From Carcharhinus longimanus (Eukaryota), in assembly GCA_030264375.1 (NCBI GenBank), contig JASCQW010000061.1, positions 63,014,546 through 63,078,545 on the forward strand: a DNA stretch of 64,000 nt, read 5' to 3'. Below, piece after piece: positions 24,702 to 39,395 of the stretch. Below the pieces are notes generated by a model, which did no database searches, was not told the DNA's origin, and was given only the letters and a program-made list of their open reading frames with translations. A program made the position numbers and the translations under genes. How positions within the stretch are numbered: the stretch's first letter is position 1; every line of letters begins with the position of its first letter.

Positions 24702-25910
24702 AACCGCTAGTCGAGTTGACGTAGGAGAACCAGTAGATGTGGTTTATTTAGACTTTTAGAAGGCTTTCAATAAGATCTCTCAGACTACTATGTAAAGTTA
24801 AAGCACATGGGATTGTAGGTAATGTCTTGAGATGGATAGAAAGCTGGTTAGCAGATAAGGTAGGAAAGAAAGAGTTGGCACAAATGGGTCGTTTTCTAAT
24901 TGGCAGTCAGTGACTTCAGGTTCTGCAGGGATCTGTGCTAGGACCCCAACCGCTCACATGATAGAATGATTTGGAAGAGGGAACTGAATGTATTATCTCC
25001 AAATTTGCAGATGATACAAAGTTGGGTGGGAGAGTGAGCTGAGGGGAAGATGCAGAGATGCTTCACATGATTTAGACAGACTGAGTGTGTTGGCATGTGC
25101 GTGGCAGATGCTTTGTAATGTGGATAAATATGTGGGGTTTTCCATTTTGATAGGAATAATAGGAATATAGATTATGACTTGAATGAGTATAAATTGAGAG
25201 AATTGGATTTTCAATGAGACCTTGGTGTCTGTGTGCATCAGTTGCTGAAATAAGTGCACAGGTACAGCAGACAATAAAAAAGGCAAATAATATGTTGGCC
25301 TTTATAGTGAGAGGATTTGAATAAAGGAATAGGGATGTTTTGCTGCAATTGTATAGGGTGCTGGTGAGGTCACACCTGGAGTATTATGTGCAGCTTAGGT
25401 GTCCTTTATCTGAGAAAGTATTCCCTTGCTAGAGAGGAAGTACAGCGAAGGTTTACCAGACTGATCCCTGGGATGGCAGGCCTGTCATATGAGGAGAGAC
25501 CAAGTCGGTTAGGACTACATTCACTGGTGTTTAGAAGAATGAGAGTGGATCTCATACAAACTTATAAAATTCTAACAGGGTTAGACAGGGTAGATTCAGA
25601 AAGAATGTTCCCGATGGTAGGGGATTCCAGAACTAGGGGGTCATAGTTTGAGGATAAGGGGTAAACCTTTTAGAACTGAGGCGAGGAGAGGTGGTGAATG
25701 TGTAGAATTCACTACCACAAAATGTTGTTGAGACCAAAGAGTTGTCTGAGTTCAAGAAGAAATTAGATATAGTTCTAGGAACCGGAGGGGGGGTTTGGTG
25801 GTTGTGAAGGGGAATCGGAATATTGAATTCAATAGTCAGCCATGATCAAAATGAATGGCAAACCACGCTCAAAAGGTTGAATGGCCTACTTCTGCTTCTA
25901 GTTTCTATTT
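24702..25910 (+). mobile_element. CR1 LINE 3' portion (RT to tail), frameshifted
   Basis: VDVVYLDF, ISKFADDTKLGG, EEVQRRFTRLIPGMAGLSYEER; 3' tail gaatggcctacttctgcttcta. Confidence 0.9.
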
Positions 25911-26900
25911 AACAGAATATCCATGGAACAAAGACTTCGGTAAAAGTGTACTACAAAGATCTGTGCACACTGGGTTGATGTGAGACTAAGTATAATACTG
26001 CCCACATTGATGTACGATTTGCTGTTAACATATAGAAGATTATAAAGACTTCTTCAACAGACACATTTTGCCAAAAAACACCATCCCAACATTTCTGCTT
26101 TCAATCCCTCAACCAATTTTGTGTCCAGACAGCCACTGGCCCTTTCATTCACAGATTTCCATGTTGATGTCGGATGATAGAATGGAAAGTTTGCATAAAT
26201 GTGTGATTTTTAATAGATTATTGATCAAACTCCTGTGAATTGGGGAGTGAAGAACAGTTATAGTCCTACAGTAAAATGGAGTTACAAAAAGTTCTGATAG
26301 TTGGAGAAAAATGTCTTGGTGCAATCCTGTCCATGTTTTGAAGTCATATTCTGTACTTAAATTTGTAATGCATATGTGAAAGTGTGTTCAGGTTTATAAT
26401 GGAAACTGTCTATGGAAGCTGGTCCCATTGTACTTACACTCTTCTGTCAGTGGTGATGCTGGACATTGGAATTTATAATGGAAAAAGTTGAGAGAAAGTT
26501 GATACAAACGTATGGTTATTAATATTTTTATATCACATTTATTGCGGGAAAATATTTTGTAGATTGTGGCAGTGAGGCTGTCGTTCCATCTTGCATATGC
26601 ACCACCAAAGAACAAACTAATTGTCATCTTGTTCCTGTTCATGGGAACTTGCTGTGTGAAATTTGCAGCTGTATTTACTTCCTATAAGGGTGACGGGTGA
26701 CTGCTCTCTGCAGTAGTTGGGATTTTTGAGAAATTTTGATAGACATTACAGAAATGTAAGTTTTTCCTTTTAAAATATTTGTAATGAGTCATGTATAAAT
26801 GATGACTTTGCTTTGATTTTATAAATATATGAAAGCAGGAATTTTTGGCTGAAGTTTTCAAGTATAAAATGAAATTAATCTAACTTGTCCTATTCTAAAG

Positions 26901-27077
26901 GGCCATATCATTCAGGGAGCATACAAATTCCATGCTATCATCACCACATTTGAAATGATTTTAACTGATTGCCCAGAACTGCGCAATATTGCATGGCGTT
27001 GTGTGATAATTGATGAAGCCCACAGACTGAAGAACCGAAACTGCAAACTTTTGGAAGGATTAAAGTTAATGGATCTG
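26901..27077 (+). CDS. chd7: CHD7 exon 13 equivalent (DEAH motif II)
   Basis: taaag|GGC...CTG|gtaagt; 177 nt; [59 protein letters not shown]. Confidence 0.97.
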
Positions 27078-27304
27078 GTAAGTGGTCTCATACGGAATGA
27101 AATGTGCATTGTTGATGAGTAACATTAACGTTTGTCAGAAATAAATTAGGTACTCTCTGACATTCGTTAGATAGGCACAACATATATTACCACATAATGA
27201 TTTAAAGCCCCACACAGTTAACAGTTGAGAGATTTGCCTCTTCACAATAGCTTCATGCTTTGCTAACCTTGAGATCAAATGGATTTTCTCCTTTGTTACT
27301 ATAG

Positions 27305-27520
<216 letters not shown>

Positions 27521-28027
27521 TAGTGCAAAGGGCTATGAATTATTTTACCGGGATTAAAATGGAACAACTAATAAACATCTGATTGTAGCATTTGCCTTTC
27601 GTTAGTGAAAATACTGGTTTTAAATTTGACAAAATGAGGTTTACATTTTAATTCCATGTAAACAGTGCTAAATTGTGGTAATGTGTTACATGTAGAATTT
27701 ATCTGTAATGTTCAGCAAATTGTTTGCCTTTCCCGATTTGTGCATTTGTGCACACAACACAGTACTTGACAGTACGTTCTTGGAGCTTTCTAGAAATAAA
27801 TAATTAAGTGTGTGCCCAATGCATAGAATTTTAGAAAATGGATGTGTGAGTAAATTGAAGATTGCAACCTAATCTTATCCCAAATGGCCTCTTCAAATGC
27901 CCTAAAGTTGCTTTTGTAATTGTGGTATTGAACTCAAATTACAACCTTTTGATTCCTTCAAAAGTATTTATTTCAAAGGCTGTTGTGTAGTATTCTGCAC
28001 GTTCAAGGGTTTGAATAACTGTTACAG

Positions 28028-28283
28028 GTACAAAAACTTCAGGCTATTTTGAAACCAATGATGTTAAGACGCTTGAAGGAAGATGTAGAAAAAAATCTGG
28101 CTCCGAAAGAAGAAACTATCATTGAAGTGGAACTGACCAACATTCAAAAGAAATATTACCGTGCTATCTTGGAAAGAAATTTTGCCTTCCTCTCTAAGGG
28201 AGCTGGTCAAACCAATGTGCCCAACCTTCTGAACACTATGATGGAACTGAGAAAGTGCTGTAATCATCCATACTTAATTAATG
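28028..28283 (+). CDS. chd7: CHD7 exon 15 equivalent
   Basis: tacag|GTA...G|gtaaac; 256 nt; [22 protein letters not shown]...[14 protein letters not shown]. Confidence 0.97.
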
Positions 28284-29814
28284 GTAAACATTTTTTTACT
28301 GACCACTTTATGGACTGCATCCGCTCTCTAATGCATCAATTAGTCAAATGTCATAATTGTTAAGGTACTTGTAAACCACACCATCTAAAATGCATCGTCA
28401 CACAGGCACATCAGCAATGGCCAGTTTTGATAAACTGAGAGGTTATTTCAAGTGTATTAGTTGAATGGGTGACTACATGAATTTATGTTACACAATGCTA
28501 TAATATAAATACAATAGTACATCAAATAAAATCAAAGCAAATTAAGAGGTGGGTTCATTCTTTCCCTTTTTGGAGCAAAGCAACCATAGCATCTGAATAT
28601 TCCACCTTCAAGCAAACTGAGCTCTCAGCCTACATTTATAGACCGCTCATATAGAGGTTTGCGTTAATGATCCATGAAGACCTTGCACTGAGATTTGAAA
28701 AGGCCTATAGCCAGGAGCAATTTCAGAATTGGTGTGCAGTCTTTTAAATACACAGTTACCATTGAGACTCTAAAGCAGGGTGTCATAATTTCCATAGAGA
28801 CTGATAATGGTTTTAAGTAAATTTGAGCTAGTTAATAGCTGCAAGGGTGACATGACAAGATCTCATTTTTAGACATTTACTTTAACAAAAGTTTAAAAGC
28901 ACTATTGACTAAGCACTATCTTTGTAGGCAACTTATACTTTAAACCACAATGAAATATGTTTATTTTTAGCAAAATCAAAAAAGTGCACTTCATATATAT
29001 TAATTATGCTGTCCTTTAGACGTTCAATTCTCCCAAAACCTGTTCAAAATAATTCTTAGCTCTCAGGGGTTTACTTCTGATTTTTTTTTGGCATATGGTA
29101 ACTTCTAGCTCCAGACCTATCCTTCTTGCGAGTATTACTGGAGATAGACCCTCTTAGTGCAAGCAAGCCAAATTTTCCAGATTTATTTTGAGTCTTGACA
29201 AATTTGGTGTTTTCAGTAAGACGTTGATCAGTATGACAATTTCAGTATGACAATTTCAGCCTCTGTTCTTGCTCTCTTTCTCTCTCCCTCCCTAACCTGT
29301 ATGTGATATCTGGTGATATTTTAAGAAAACGTAACCCATGATATATCACCATGGCTTCATTATTACCATGTCCATCTTGAACCCGCTCACTGTGGCAACG
29401 TGAGTCGCATTGGCCAGGCATCCAAGTGGAGATGCTGGTTAGCTATCCTCAGGAGCCCAACTCTCTTTCATCTTGTAACTAAATGGACAGTTTAAAGCAT
29501 AGCTGTTTACAACCCGATGGTCTCAATACTTTTCCTAGATGATGCAAGCTCTTAGTTTATCCACTGTTAGTACACAGGTCACTGCCATTCTTTCCAAGTG
29601 TGAATGCCATACTGGAAGTAAAACGATCTGGGTTCCCCTTAATCTCTTAACAATCAAACCACAATAAATAGAAATTCTTTCTTCAGTTATGCAAACTGAA
29701 TTGGCAAGCAACATTCTCAGATTATTTTGTTTGTTAATTTAAGTATTGATCCAAGGTATAAAAAAAAATTGCTATCAATCCAGACATAAATTTTAAAACA
29801 TATAAATCACAATA

Positions 29815-30735
29815 TTTCTACCTGTTCAGCAGCTCCCGTTTTCACCCTTGCCTCATGTCCGTTGCTGCTGGAACCCTTGGCCATGGTTCTGCAAATAAAT
29901 CAAATCTTGAAGTTACAAACACCTTATTCACCTGGTTCCTGATCTTGCCTTTCGCAAACCCTTGAAGTTGTTCAGAACTTTCTGGCTTCGTCACGTTCCG
30001 CACAAGTAGCTCTCAGAAATTCCTGTTCATCTTTGGGAAATTGCACTGATGAACCGTTCCCAATGCATAAGATGCAAAATCCCCATTCTGGTACACACAT
30101 CCCCCCATGGACTTGAGACACCTTCTACAGTAAAAATGGAAAACGTTGGGAAAACTCAGCAGATGAACATTCATCTGTGGAAAGAAAAAGAGTTAACCCA
30201 GCCAACAGGTGCAGCAGGTGGTCAGGAAGGCAAATGGGATGCTGGCCTTCATAGCGAGGGGGATTGAATATAAAAGTAGGGNNNNNNNNNNNNNNNNNNN
30301 NNNNNNNNNNNNNNNNNNNNNNNNNNNNNNNNNNNNNNNNNNNNNNNNNNNNNNNNNNNNNNNNNNNNNNNNNNNNNNNNNTGATCTTATTGAATGGTGG
30401 GGCAGGCTCGAAGGGCTAGATGGCCTACTCCTGCTCCTATTTCTTATGTTCTTAACATTTCAGGTTGATGGCTTTTTATCAGAATCCTATGCAATGATTT
30501 CTTTTGCTTGCTTTGTGCCCCATCCAATACCCTGTCATCTGACCTTCCTTTCGTTGCTTTAGTATTGCCAGGACATGCATTTGTTTTTGACGTATTTTCT
30601 AGAACTCTGGTCAAACCCCTCAATTTCTCTGCTTCTCTTCTCACCCTTCATTCATTTTTCTAATTTTCTTTAGAGCTCTCTGACGGTTCCTTTCCTGTTC
30701 TGTAAAACACTTTGGGATGTTTTTCCATATTAATA
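29815..30735 (+). mobile_element. Degenerate L2 3' fragment with nested insertions
   Basis: gctgctggaacccttggccatg resembles AETLIHA; L2-type tail tgtaaaacactttgggatgtttt. Confidence 0.5.
30198..30451 (+). mobile_element. Young CR1/HER1-like 3' fragment (gap inside)
   Basis: QQVVRKANGMLAFIARGIEYKSR; conserved tail; TTAAC duplicated at both ends. Confidence 0.9.
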
Positions 30736-31567
30736 GATAAAAAAAGTTAAAATTCAAAAATCAGAATTCAACTTTTGAAATTCTATAATGTTTTGAATCA
30801 TTAACATTGATTTATGCGGTGTAAAACTAAGTTGGGTCACAAAAACCACCAAAGAAATTGATATAAGTAGCATGAAATTTTAGATTTAGTTCCTTCAGGA
30901 AAAGGTCTGTGGTATAAGTATATTAGCTCAATTGAATGTTGCAGAAATGTTAAAATGAATTGTGGATTACCCAAAATACATATAAAGATCCTATTATGTT
31001 TTGTACAAGAATCAATTTCACAGTATTTTGATCTTTGTGGTGATTTTAAGTGAATAACTGCTGCCTTATTCATTTAATTGGCCATCTTGACATAATATCT
31101 TTAAATTCATAAAATCTGCTACTGATTTGGAATCATTTTTGTGCTAAATATTTGAATGATCTGTAATTTGAGTTAACACAACAAAGTAGAAATTTAGTGC
31201 TTAAATAATCACATCGTTACATAGTTCAAAAAGTGATTTTGAATAAAACTCTGGAGAATTTTAGTCTGTTATAGGTAGTAAGGAACTGAGTGCTTGTGTT
31301 GAGTTCAACAAACCATTTTTTTTCAAAAGGAGATTGTTATAAGGACCTTTTAAGGAGATGGAAGGTTTTTTTTTACATTCCTGGTCCATTGACATAATAT
31401 TTTCATCCACAGATTTTTCTCTAGNNNNNNNNNNAGAGGGGAAAGAAGTAAAATTAACTTACGTGCTGGCTGTGAGCCATGGTATTATTGCAATTATTTA
31501 AAGTTTTTGTGTTTGCTTTTTTGATATCTTGGACAACAATAGACCTGGCAGAATTCAGATTTTGTGA

Positions 31568-31810
<243 letters not shown>

Positions 31811-32789
31811 TGAGGCCAGCAATACTCGATAAATAAAAGTTAATTCTGCNNNNNNNNNNNNNNNNNNNNNNNNNNNNNNNNNNNNNNNNNNNNNNNNNNN
31901 NNNNNNNNNNNNNNNNNNNNNNNNNNNNNNNNNNNNNNNNNNNNNNNNNTCTGCAAAATAGCATAGTATACTACTGTTCCAATGAGCCAGTAGTTGAGCA
32001 GAATAGTGTGGATTTGTATTCTGTGTGAAGTCACTAATACCAGATCTTGGCTAACCTGTTAAAGTCGTAAGGGATGTCAGGCAGCTAAAAACAAATAGGC
32101 TAGCTAGATATAACTCCTTTTAGCATTGCCAATTTTATAAATTAATAATCGGGTACCTTTATATGACTATCAGTCAATCTAGCAACTGACTAAACCAGGT
32201 GTTAAGAGATGAAGGGGATGGAATTTTGGTGCTTTTCAAAGCAAATTATGTCTCTTATGGGGAATATGGAGCCTTTTCTGCTTTTGCAGTCTATTACTTT
32301 CAAATGCATTCCCACGTCAGGCATTGTACTAGTGAGATACCTACTTTGTTCCAAAAATATGCCCTAGCCCAACACCTTTAGTATCAATTTTTGAAATCGC
32401 AGCCAAAACATTTTTTTTCCTATTAGGTGGCATTGCAGGAAATCACTAAAAAGACTTGAAAAAACTTGAAATATAAAGAGGTATTAAAACAAAAGATTCT
32501 GGGCTATCAATAGGATTTAATTTTCCATGGGCTAATGTTTGCTCCAACCAAACTTGGTCCAGCAAGTTAACTTCATTATTTGAGATGAGAGTGCCAATTT
32601 ATGCAGGTTTGTCAATTGTTTTGAAACCATGAATTTTGGCTGCAACAAACAGAACCAAGCTGAACTAAATTTAATTCATTTGGGACTTTTATTCGAGTTT
32701 CAGGGAAGGCCTTTATTAATACATAGGATTCCAGAGATGATAAAATTAACTGTGAATACCTTATCTTTGAGGCATTTAAGAATAAAGTA

Positions 32790-33030
32790 CATAACATGGG
32801 ACAGAAGTCACATATTAGCCATACCATGCTGGATCGTGCTGGCATGGCTGGTTCCTTTCCCTGAATGACATGACTAACCCTGTTAGGTTTTTTAATGATA
32901 ATCTGATAACTCTCTCGAGCAGTTTTCGGAAGTTAGTCCATGAATTATTGATGTCAGTTTCACAGCTTGTCATGGGGTTTGAACATGTCACTTACGGGTT
33001 ACTGATCCACTATATAGCCAGTAAGTTAGT
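32790..33030 (-). mobile_element. Old copy of SINE family A
   Basis: Diverged match to 5860-6040 (ttccctgaatgacatgactaacc...ggggtttgaac). Confidence 0.5.
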
Positions 33031-33679
33031 TTATCCTCTTGTGGTATCAAGGAATTAGGTGGTAGGATGTTTTGAACACCTCTAAAACCTTTAATTTCTA
33101 TACCCACCCTATTTGCAAAATAATTTGCCCTTCTACAAATCGAATTAAATAAATTGTTAGAATATTCCATAAAGCTAACAGTTTAGCCAATGTTTTTCCC
33201 ACACATATTTGCACAGCAATGCCCCTCTGTGGTTTCCTACTTTTGGCTAGGCTATAAAAGTGTATCATGGAAAGGTCTAACTCCTGGCTCCTCATGGATA
33301 TATCAGCAGCTGGTTCAGACAATGCTGATGAATGTTGAGAACAGGTTGCCTGCCTGCTACCTTGGCTAAAGAATGGTGCATCATCCAGCTGATTACAAAA
33401 TGAGATGCAAAACTTCTGCTTAATTTTTAAATGTATATCTTTTGTTCTTTCCCCATCCCCCACACATCATCCACCCCCCCTCCTCCCCCACCGCCCACTG
33501 GAAAAAGGCAACAGCTATCCCAATTCCTTATCAAGGAATTAAGATGGCTAANNNNNNNNNNNNNNNNTAGCACAGGTTTATGAAAGCTACTGTTAATACT
33601 AAGTGTGCTGTTCTTAAATTGCACAAGATAGAGAATAGAAAATGTACTCTGCTTGCTGTTTGGTTTTAAATTTGAGGAT

Positions 33680-34320
33680 ATGATTAATTTCCAAAGATTG
33701 TAGTTAGACAGGAGACCAACTGATGCATCCATCCTATCCAATATAGTTGTGCATCACGCATAAAAATATAGATGGCCCTTGTGCACCTGGAGCAATGTAA
33801 TCTCTCAGTTGAAGTGGAAAAACAGTTTTAAAGCCTATAAAGATGCAATCCAGCATAATCTAAAGAAGTCTCCCTGATCCTTTTGTGTGATCAAAATATC
33901 TAAAAGACCACATCAGTCCTGATGCATATTATAGTGTGTCTACCTATTCTGTATGTTCTCTGATTCAGTCAGAAGTAAATTCTATTCTCTCTCTCTTGAA
34001 GAAATGCAATGAATCAGTGTTTACCTCATGAGTTGGCAGACTACTCACAGGCCTCCTATTAATTTGGTAAAGATGAACTGCCTAACATCCCATGTAATTT
34101 TGCTCTTGCGTAACTTCTAAGTGTAATACTTGGTCCTCTCCCACCTCTCTCATTAAAGTAAGTTGTTCACATAAACACAGTCTAGTCTCAGTTTTATAAG
34201 CCTCAATCAAATTGGACAAGTCTGTACTTCTCTAATGTAAGCTTACCCGGCTCTTAAAATCTATCTGGAATGCTAAAGTTTTTAAAGCTGAATGTTAATC
34301 TATTGTTCCTCCTCTGAGTC
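33680..34320 (-). mobile_element. Old CR1-like 3' fragment
   Basis: Decayed 3' ORF2/UTR-like pattern (ttggcagactactcaca; aagatgaactgcctaacatc). Confidence 0.35.
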
Positions 34321-34672
34321 AACTTGAATTCAGAAACTCAATGCAAATTGTGAAAGTTTAAAGATGTTAGTAATGTGGACAGTACAGAATGAGTTGGATG
34401 AAAAGTTTAACTGGCAGAAGAAATTCAATGATGAAAACATAAGCACTGCATGTAGATAAAGAACATGGCTGTAGATAAAGGACTACGGCTGAGCTTCAAT
34501 ATGCTAAAACGTTTCTCATCCTAATTTGTTTAGTGATCTAACCATGAGATAAATGTGATATCCTAGTGAAGGAGCTGAGGTTTTTTGATTCGGGTCAATA
34601 TTTATACAGATCTGGCAAGTGAAAGCTTTTTACTGCTTGAAAACGAATATGCTTTGGATTTAATATTTCTAA

Positions 34673-34906
<234 letters not shown>

Positions 34907-34999
34907 TAATAGTTTTGTTTTCAGTTATATTTATGGCAGGTGTGGTAACTGAATACAAAATGATGCTTGCTGCCTACTGAAGAATTTTCTATTCCACAG

Positions 35000-35167
35000 G
35001 CTCAGGCTCGATGTCACAGAATAGGACAAAGCAAAGCAGTGAAAGTATATAGGTTAATAACCAGGAACTCTTACGAAAGAGAGATGTTTGATAAGGCAAG
35101 TCTGAAACTTGGATTGGACAAAGCTGTTCTGCAGTCCATGAGTGGAAGAGAAAACAGTGCCAATGGG
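35000..35167 (+). CDS. chd7: CHD7 exon 18 equivalent (motif VI)
   Basis: cacag|GCT...GGG|gtatgt; 168 nt; [30 protein letters not shown]. Confidence 0.97.
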
Positions 35168-35272
35168 GTATGTATATAGAATGTAGTCAGCTCAAATTAA
35201 TCTGGCTCTTTAGTTCATAAATGAATTTCAATTGATATTGGGATCAATATTGAAATTTTACAAAATATTCAG

Positions 35273-35452
35273 GTTCAGCAGCTTTCTAAGAAGGAGATTG
35301 AAGATCTTCTTCGAAAAGGTGCATATGGGGCACTGATGGATGAAGAGGATGAAGGGTCAAAATTCTGTGAAGAAGATATTGACCAGATTCTCTTGAGGCG
35401 CACGCACACAATTACTATAGAATCTGAAGGAAAAGGTTCCACTTTTGCAAAG
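35273..35452 (+). CDS. chd7: CHD7 exon 19 equivalent
   Basis: ttcag|GTT...AAG|gtgaat; 180 nt; [19 protein letters not shown]...GKGSTFAK. Confidence 0.96.
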
Positions 35453-35606
35453 GTGAATGTCTTTAACCAAGTACAAACATGTATATATTTTGATGTCATT
35501 TGTACACCAATGTACTCACCATTGAGATGTAATGTAACAATCTTTGAAATATATCATACGAGATTCTCCTAACCTATGAGAATTTTTTGTGTGTAAATCT
35601 CTTTAG

Positions 35607-35717
35607 GCCAGCTTTGTAGCTTCTGGGAATAGGACAGATATTTCCCTTGATGATCCCAACTTTTGGCAAAAGTGGGCAAAGAAAGCAGAATTGGATATCG
35701 ATGCAATAAATGGAAGG
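35607..35717 (+). CDS. chd7: CHD7 exon 20 equivalent
   Basis: tttag|GCC...AGG|gtaagt; 111 nt; [37 protein letters not shown]. Confidence 0.96.
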
Positions 35718-35796
35718 GTAAGTAAAATGCTGTCATGTGTATTATGTTAAAAGCATATAAATGTATTTTTGCTCATGTAAACTTGCTCTATTACAG

Positions 35797-36002
35797 AACA
35801 ATTTGGTGATTGATACACCAAGAGTAAGAAAGCAGACAAGACACTACAACGCTATTAAGGAAGATGAACTAATGGAATTTTCAGATTTGGAAAGCGATTC
35901 TGAAGAAAAGACTGGAAAGCCCCTCCGTAGACCACAAGATAGGTCCCACGGTTATCCAAGGACTGAGTGTTTTAGAGTAGAAAAGAATCTGTTGGTATAT
36001 GG
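35797..36002 (+). CDS. chd7: CHD7 exon 21 equivalent
   Basis: tacag|AAC...GG|gtgagt; 206 nt; [15 protein letters not shown]...[12 protein letters not shown]. Confidence 0.96.
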
Positions 36003-36899
36003 GTGAGTAAATTTGTAGATTACGTTTGTAAATTTTAGGATAGCTCTCATGCTGTACATTATTTTCTGACCATAAATTTATTTAAAAAAAATAAAATCTG
36101 CTTCAAAGACTTTGCTTCTCTTGAAACAATTAATCAACTGTTTATCCCAACTTTCACTTTCTCCTAAGGAAGTGTTTTCTCTGAAGACCCAGTTGAAGTT
36201 TTAAATCATGTGAATTTTAACCAGTAATGCTGGGACATTTTCATCAAAGATTTTGAATGCCAGAAAAAATGTAATTTTGTCTCAAAACCCAAATATATAT
36301 GTATAATACTGTTCCTTCGACAAATTGAGTGGTTCACTATATACATTCTTTTCTGCTGGATTATATCTTGGACACGTGCAGGACTACTGTTAGTTTGCTT
36401 AGTTTGTGTAGTGTGTAATTGAGTTTGATATCATTGGGTGAGTGGCAGAGTAAAGCAGACACGGAGACTGCTCATATGACTATGGATTAGGAGTAACAAA
36501 GCTCCGCTTGTTTGCTTCCATAGTTTGGCAGTTTCATATACTTGAGGTGCATTTAATGCTGATAAAAAGTAGTATACTTAAAATTACCTGTATTGTCCAG
36601 GCCATTCAAACATACTGCAAAATATGGTGATTTACACAGGATGGCCCTGCGCTTCTAACGTGAGTGACAAATTTTAAGTCAAGCAGTGCAAATCTTGCTC
36701 TCTCCAACCTTTCTCTACCTTTCCTGTTCCCCACTTCCTTTATCTCAACCTTTCTTTCAAACCTATGAGGATATGAAAAAGATCAGGTGGTTCATTGATC
36801 TTGGCTCATTTAGTTGCAATGTCATTTATATATCATGATACCCAAACAGAGCTGTGAAATTTGATGGCACTGCTGAGCAACAAATCCCCTGGACTAGTT

Positions 36900-37290
36900 G
36901 GTTTCCACCCCAGAATTCTAAAATGTAGAAGATGCCTTAACAATAGTCTGCCAAAGTTCTCTCAATTTGGAAAGTTGTTGATTTTAAACTGAGATATGTT
37001 TTTGTTTGTCGGAGGTGTTGAGGAATATGGAGTTGAGTCACAGAAAGAGGCAGGAAGAATTAGGGATCTTGTTGTGAGGGATCCTCTTGGGACGAGCGAT
37101 CATTGTATGGTTGAGTTTTTGATNNNNNNNNNNNNNNNNNNNNNNNNNNNNNNNNNNNNNNNNNNNNNNNNNNNNNNNNNNNNNNNNNNNNNNNNNNNNN
37201 NNNNNNNNNNNNNNNNNNNNNNNAGCATGATCTCGTTGAATGGCAAAACAGACTCAAGATGTTGAATAGCTTGCTCCTTTGTTTTCATGT
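36900..37290 (+). mobile_element. CR1 fragments: young copy nested in an old 3' tail (gap inside)
   Basis: IRDLVVRDPLGTSDHCMVEF endonuclease motif (SDH); an old CR1 tail lies on both sides. Confidence 0.75.
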
Positions 37291-38954
37291 AATCAGCTGG
37301 CAGAGGAGAAAAAGCAGATAAACCAACTGGAAGAACAATATTTGGAAAATGATTGTTGGGTGATCAACGCAAGTCAAGGAGACCATGTTAACTTTGATGC
37401 ATGTTGTGATTTGATCACTGCGCCAACTGGAAACCAGTCCAACTAACTCTTGGAAAGTATATAACAAATCAGTGTTCACGACATGAATTGACTACTATCC
37501 CACTGGAAAGTATTATCCAGGAAAAGAATCACCCAATTCAATCTAGTTCCACCCTTAGGCAGCTTGTAAATATGACCACTTGTATTCTCTAACCTACCCA
37601 GTTATAATTATAAATACACTTTGCTTCCTTCATTATTTTGTTACCTTTGATCAAATCATCTTTTAGTCTAGGTTTTTTAGCATGTACAGATCCAGCTCTT
37701 TAAGCTTATCTGAGTAGTTAAAAGAGTATTTTAAAATAGTAACCCATCTTGTGCACCTCTGTACCCTTTAAAAAAACTTTAGACAGTATCCCACGGAGAA
37801 GCCAACGGTTATGCTGTATTCTAACTGAGGTTTAGCTAAGTCTTGTGCAAGGATAAGCTGGTACACTTTGTTTTGTAGTGAATTGAGCTGTGGTGAGGTT
37901 TGCTTTCACTGTAGCTTTACAACGTTAGTAATGAATCATGTTTGCTTGGATGGGCAGGCAGAGAGAACTTGTTGAGCAGCATGCAAAAAATGGAAAAGAA
38001 CATCTCCATGAAAAGAAAGGTGGAAAAGTTTCAGTGTCACTGTGACAATAACTGAAAAAATTAAAAATATTTAGCAATCTAATTTAGCACAAATCCCTGC
38101 ATTCGCCCAAAAAATGTTTAAGTTAGGAAATAATTGTAACCATTCTTGCCATTATTTCTAATTATTCACATTGTTAGATGTACTGAGCTGCATGGTATAA
38201 CTGTTTCTGGGAGAGTTGTCAGTTCTCCTGTAGCTTGTTTCAAGACAAGGAAAGGCAGTGCATTTAAAAATGGGCAATAATGTAATGCGACATTGAAGCC
38301 TAGATTTTTCATTAGTCGCTAGTAGCGGGCAAAGCTTTAAGCAGCTTGCAAGGAATAATTTTGCAGTAGAATTATATCAAAATTACATAAAGTTAGTGGT
38401 TTGATCATTGAAGAAGCATTTTTCTGAATTTTGTGAAGCTTATATCTTTTCTATCATATTGCTAAAGGAGCTAATCACTTTTTTGGTGGATTTATGTCGT
38501 CGGCTTGGACCCTTCCTGGTTAGCACTTCCTCAGTGGTGGATCAGAGGAAAGTAGTGTTGTAGGGAGTACAGCGGCAGTATAGTGATGTCTGTCAACCAC
38601 AGCCTGCATAAGCTTGAATTGAGTAAATATTCCAAGTCACTTTACAAATGCAGAATGGACAGTCAATAGTAGTAGAAGAATTTGTCTGTGCTATCAAGAG
38701 ATAGGTATTGAGGTTTTTCATGTTAGATGAGTGGATGGGTATAGAGTAAAAGGTACAGTCTGGTCCCACAGACTCTGGAAACTGGAGCAGTAAGGAACAT
38801 GCAATAAATTAAAGAAGCATACATGACTGGTGTCCACATATGGGATTACTGAGTGGGCCTTGAGCCATGTTCTTCTGAGGTTGGTGAGAGTAGGAGTGAT
38901 GGAAAAAAATTACTTAGTGTGAATTGGAAATGTTGAGAGGTGACAAAAGTATTG

Positions 38955-39395
38955 TTGAGGCTGTCAGTCTCAACTCAGTGTATCATGCTCCCCTTTGATC
39001 ATGATTATAACTCAAAGCCCACTCCACAGTCTTAAACATCTAATTTAGGCTGACGCTTCAATAAATTCAGAGGCAGTGCTGCTCAGTCGGAGTTGTCATC
39101 ATTTGGATGAGATGTTAAATTAAGGCCCTTTCTGCCCCCTCTGTTGGGAAGAATCCCGTGGCACTAAAATAAAAGCAGTTTTCTCCCATTTATCCCTTTA
39201 CCTATGTCACTTGTATCTTAACCTATATATCTAAGATATATAAGATATCTTAATATAATTGCTGATTGAAGCCACTTTGTAGACATCAAGGTTTTTCAAT
39301 GTTTCCCTTCGTTACAGCAGTAACTAAACTTCAACAGTGAAGTCCTTTTAGATTTTGTGGTTGTGAAAGATACTAGATAATTCTAAGTTATTTTC
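38955..39395 (+). mobile_element. DeuSINE (SacSINE1-like), diverged
   Basis: Deu-domain-like core tttggatgagatgttaaattaaggccc...atcccgtggcacta; L2-like tail. Confidence 0.65.

Noticed and set aside
29230-29259. 14-bp tandem duplication (agtatgacaatttc x2)
   Set aside because: Ordinary slippage; only two units and no spacers, so not array-like.
35270-35281. Alternative acceptors CAG-GTT-CAG-CAG at exon 19
   Set aside because: Explained by the conserved VQQ codons; no evidence of use.
39225-39258. AT-rich palindrome TAAGATATCTTA
   Set aside because: Low-complexity micro-duplication inside a decayed SINE.
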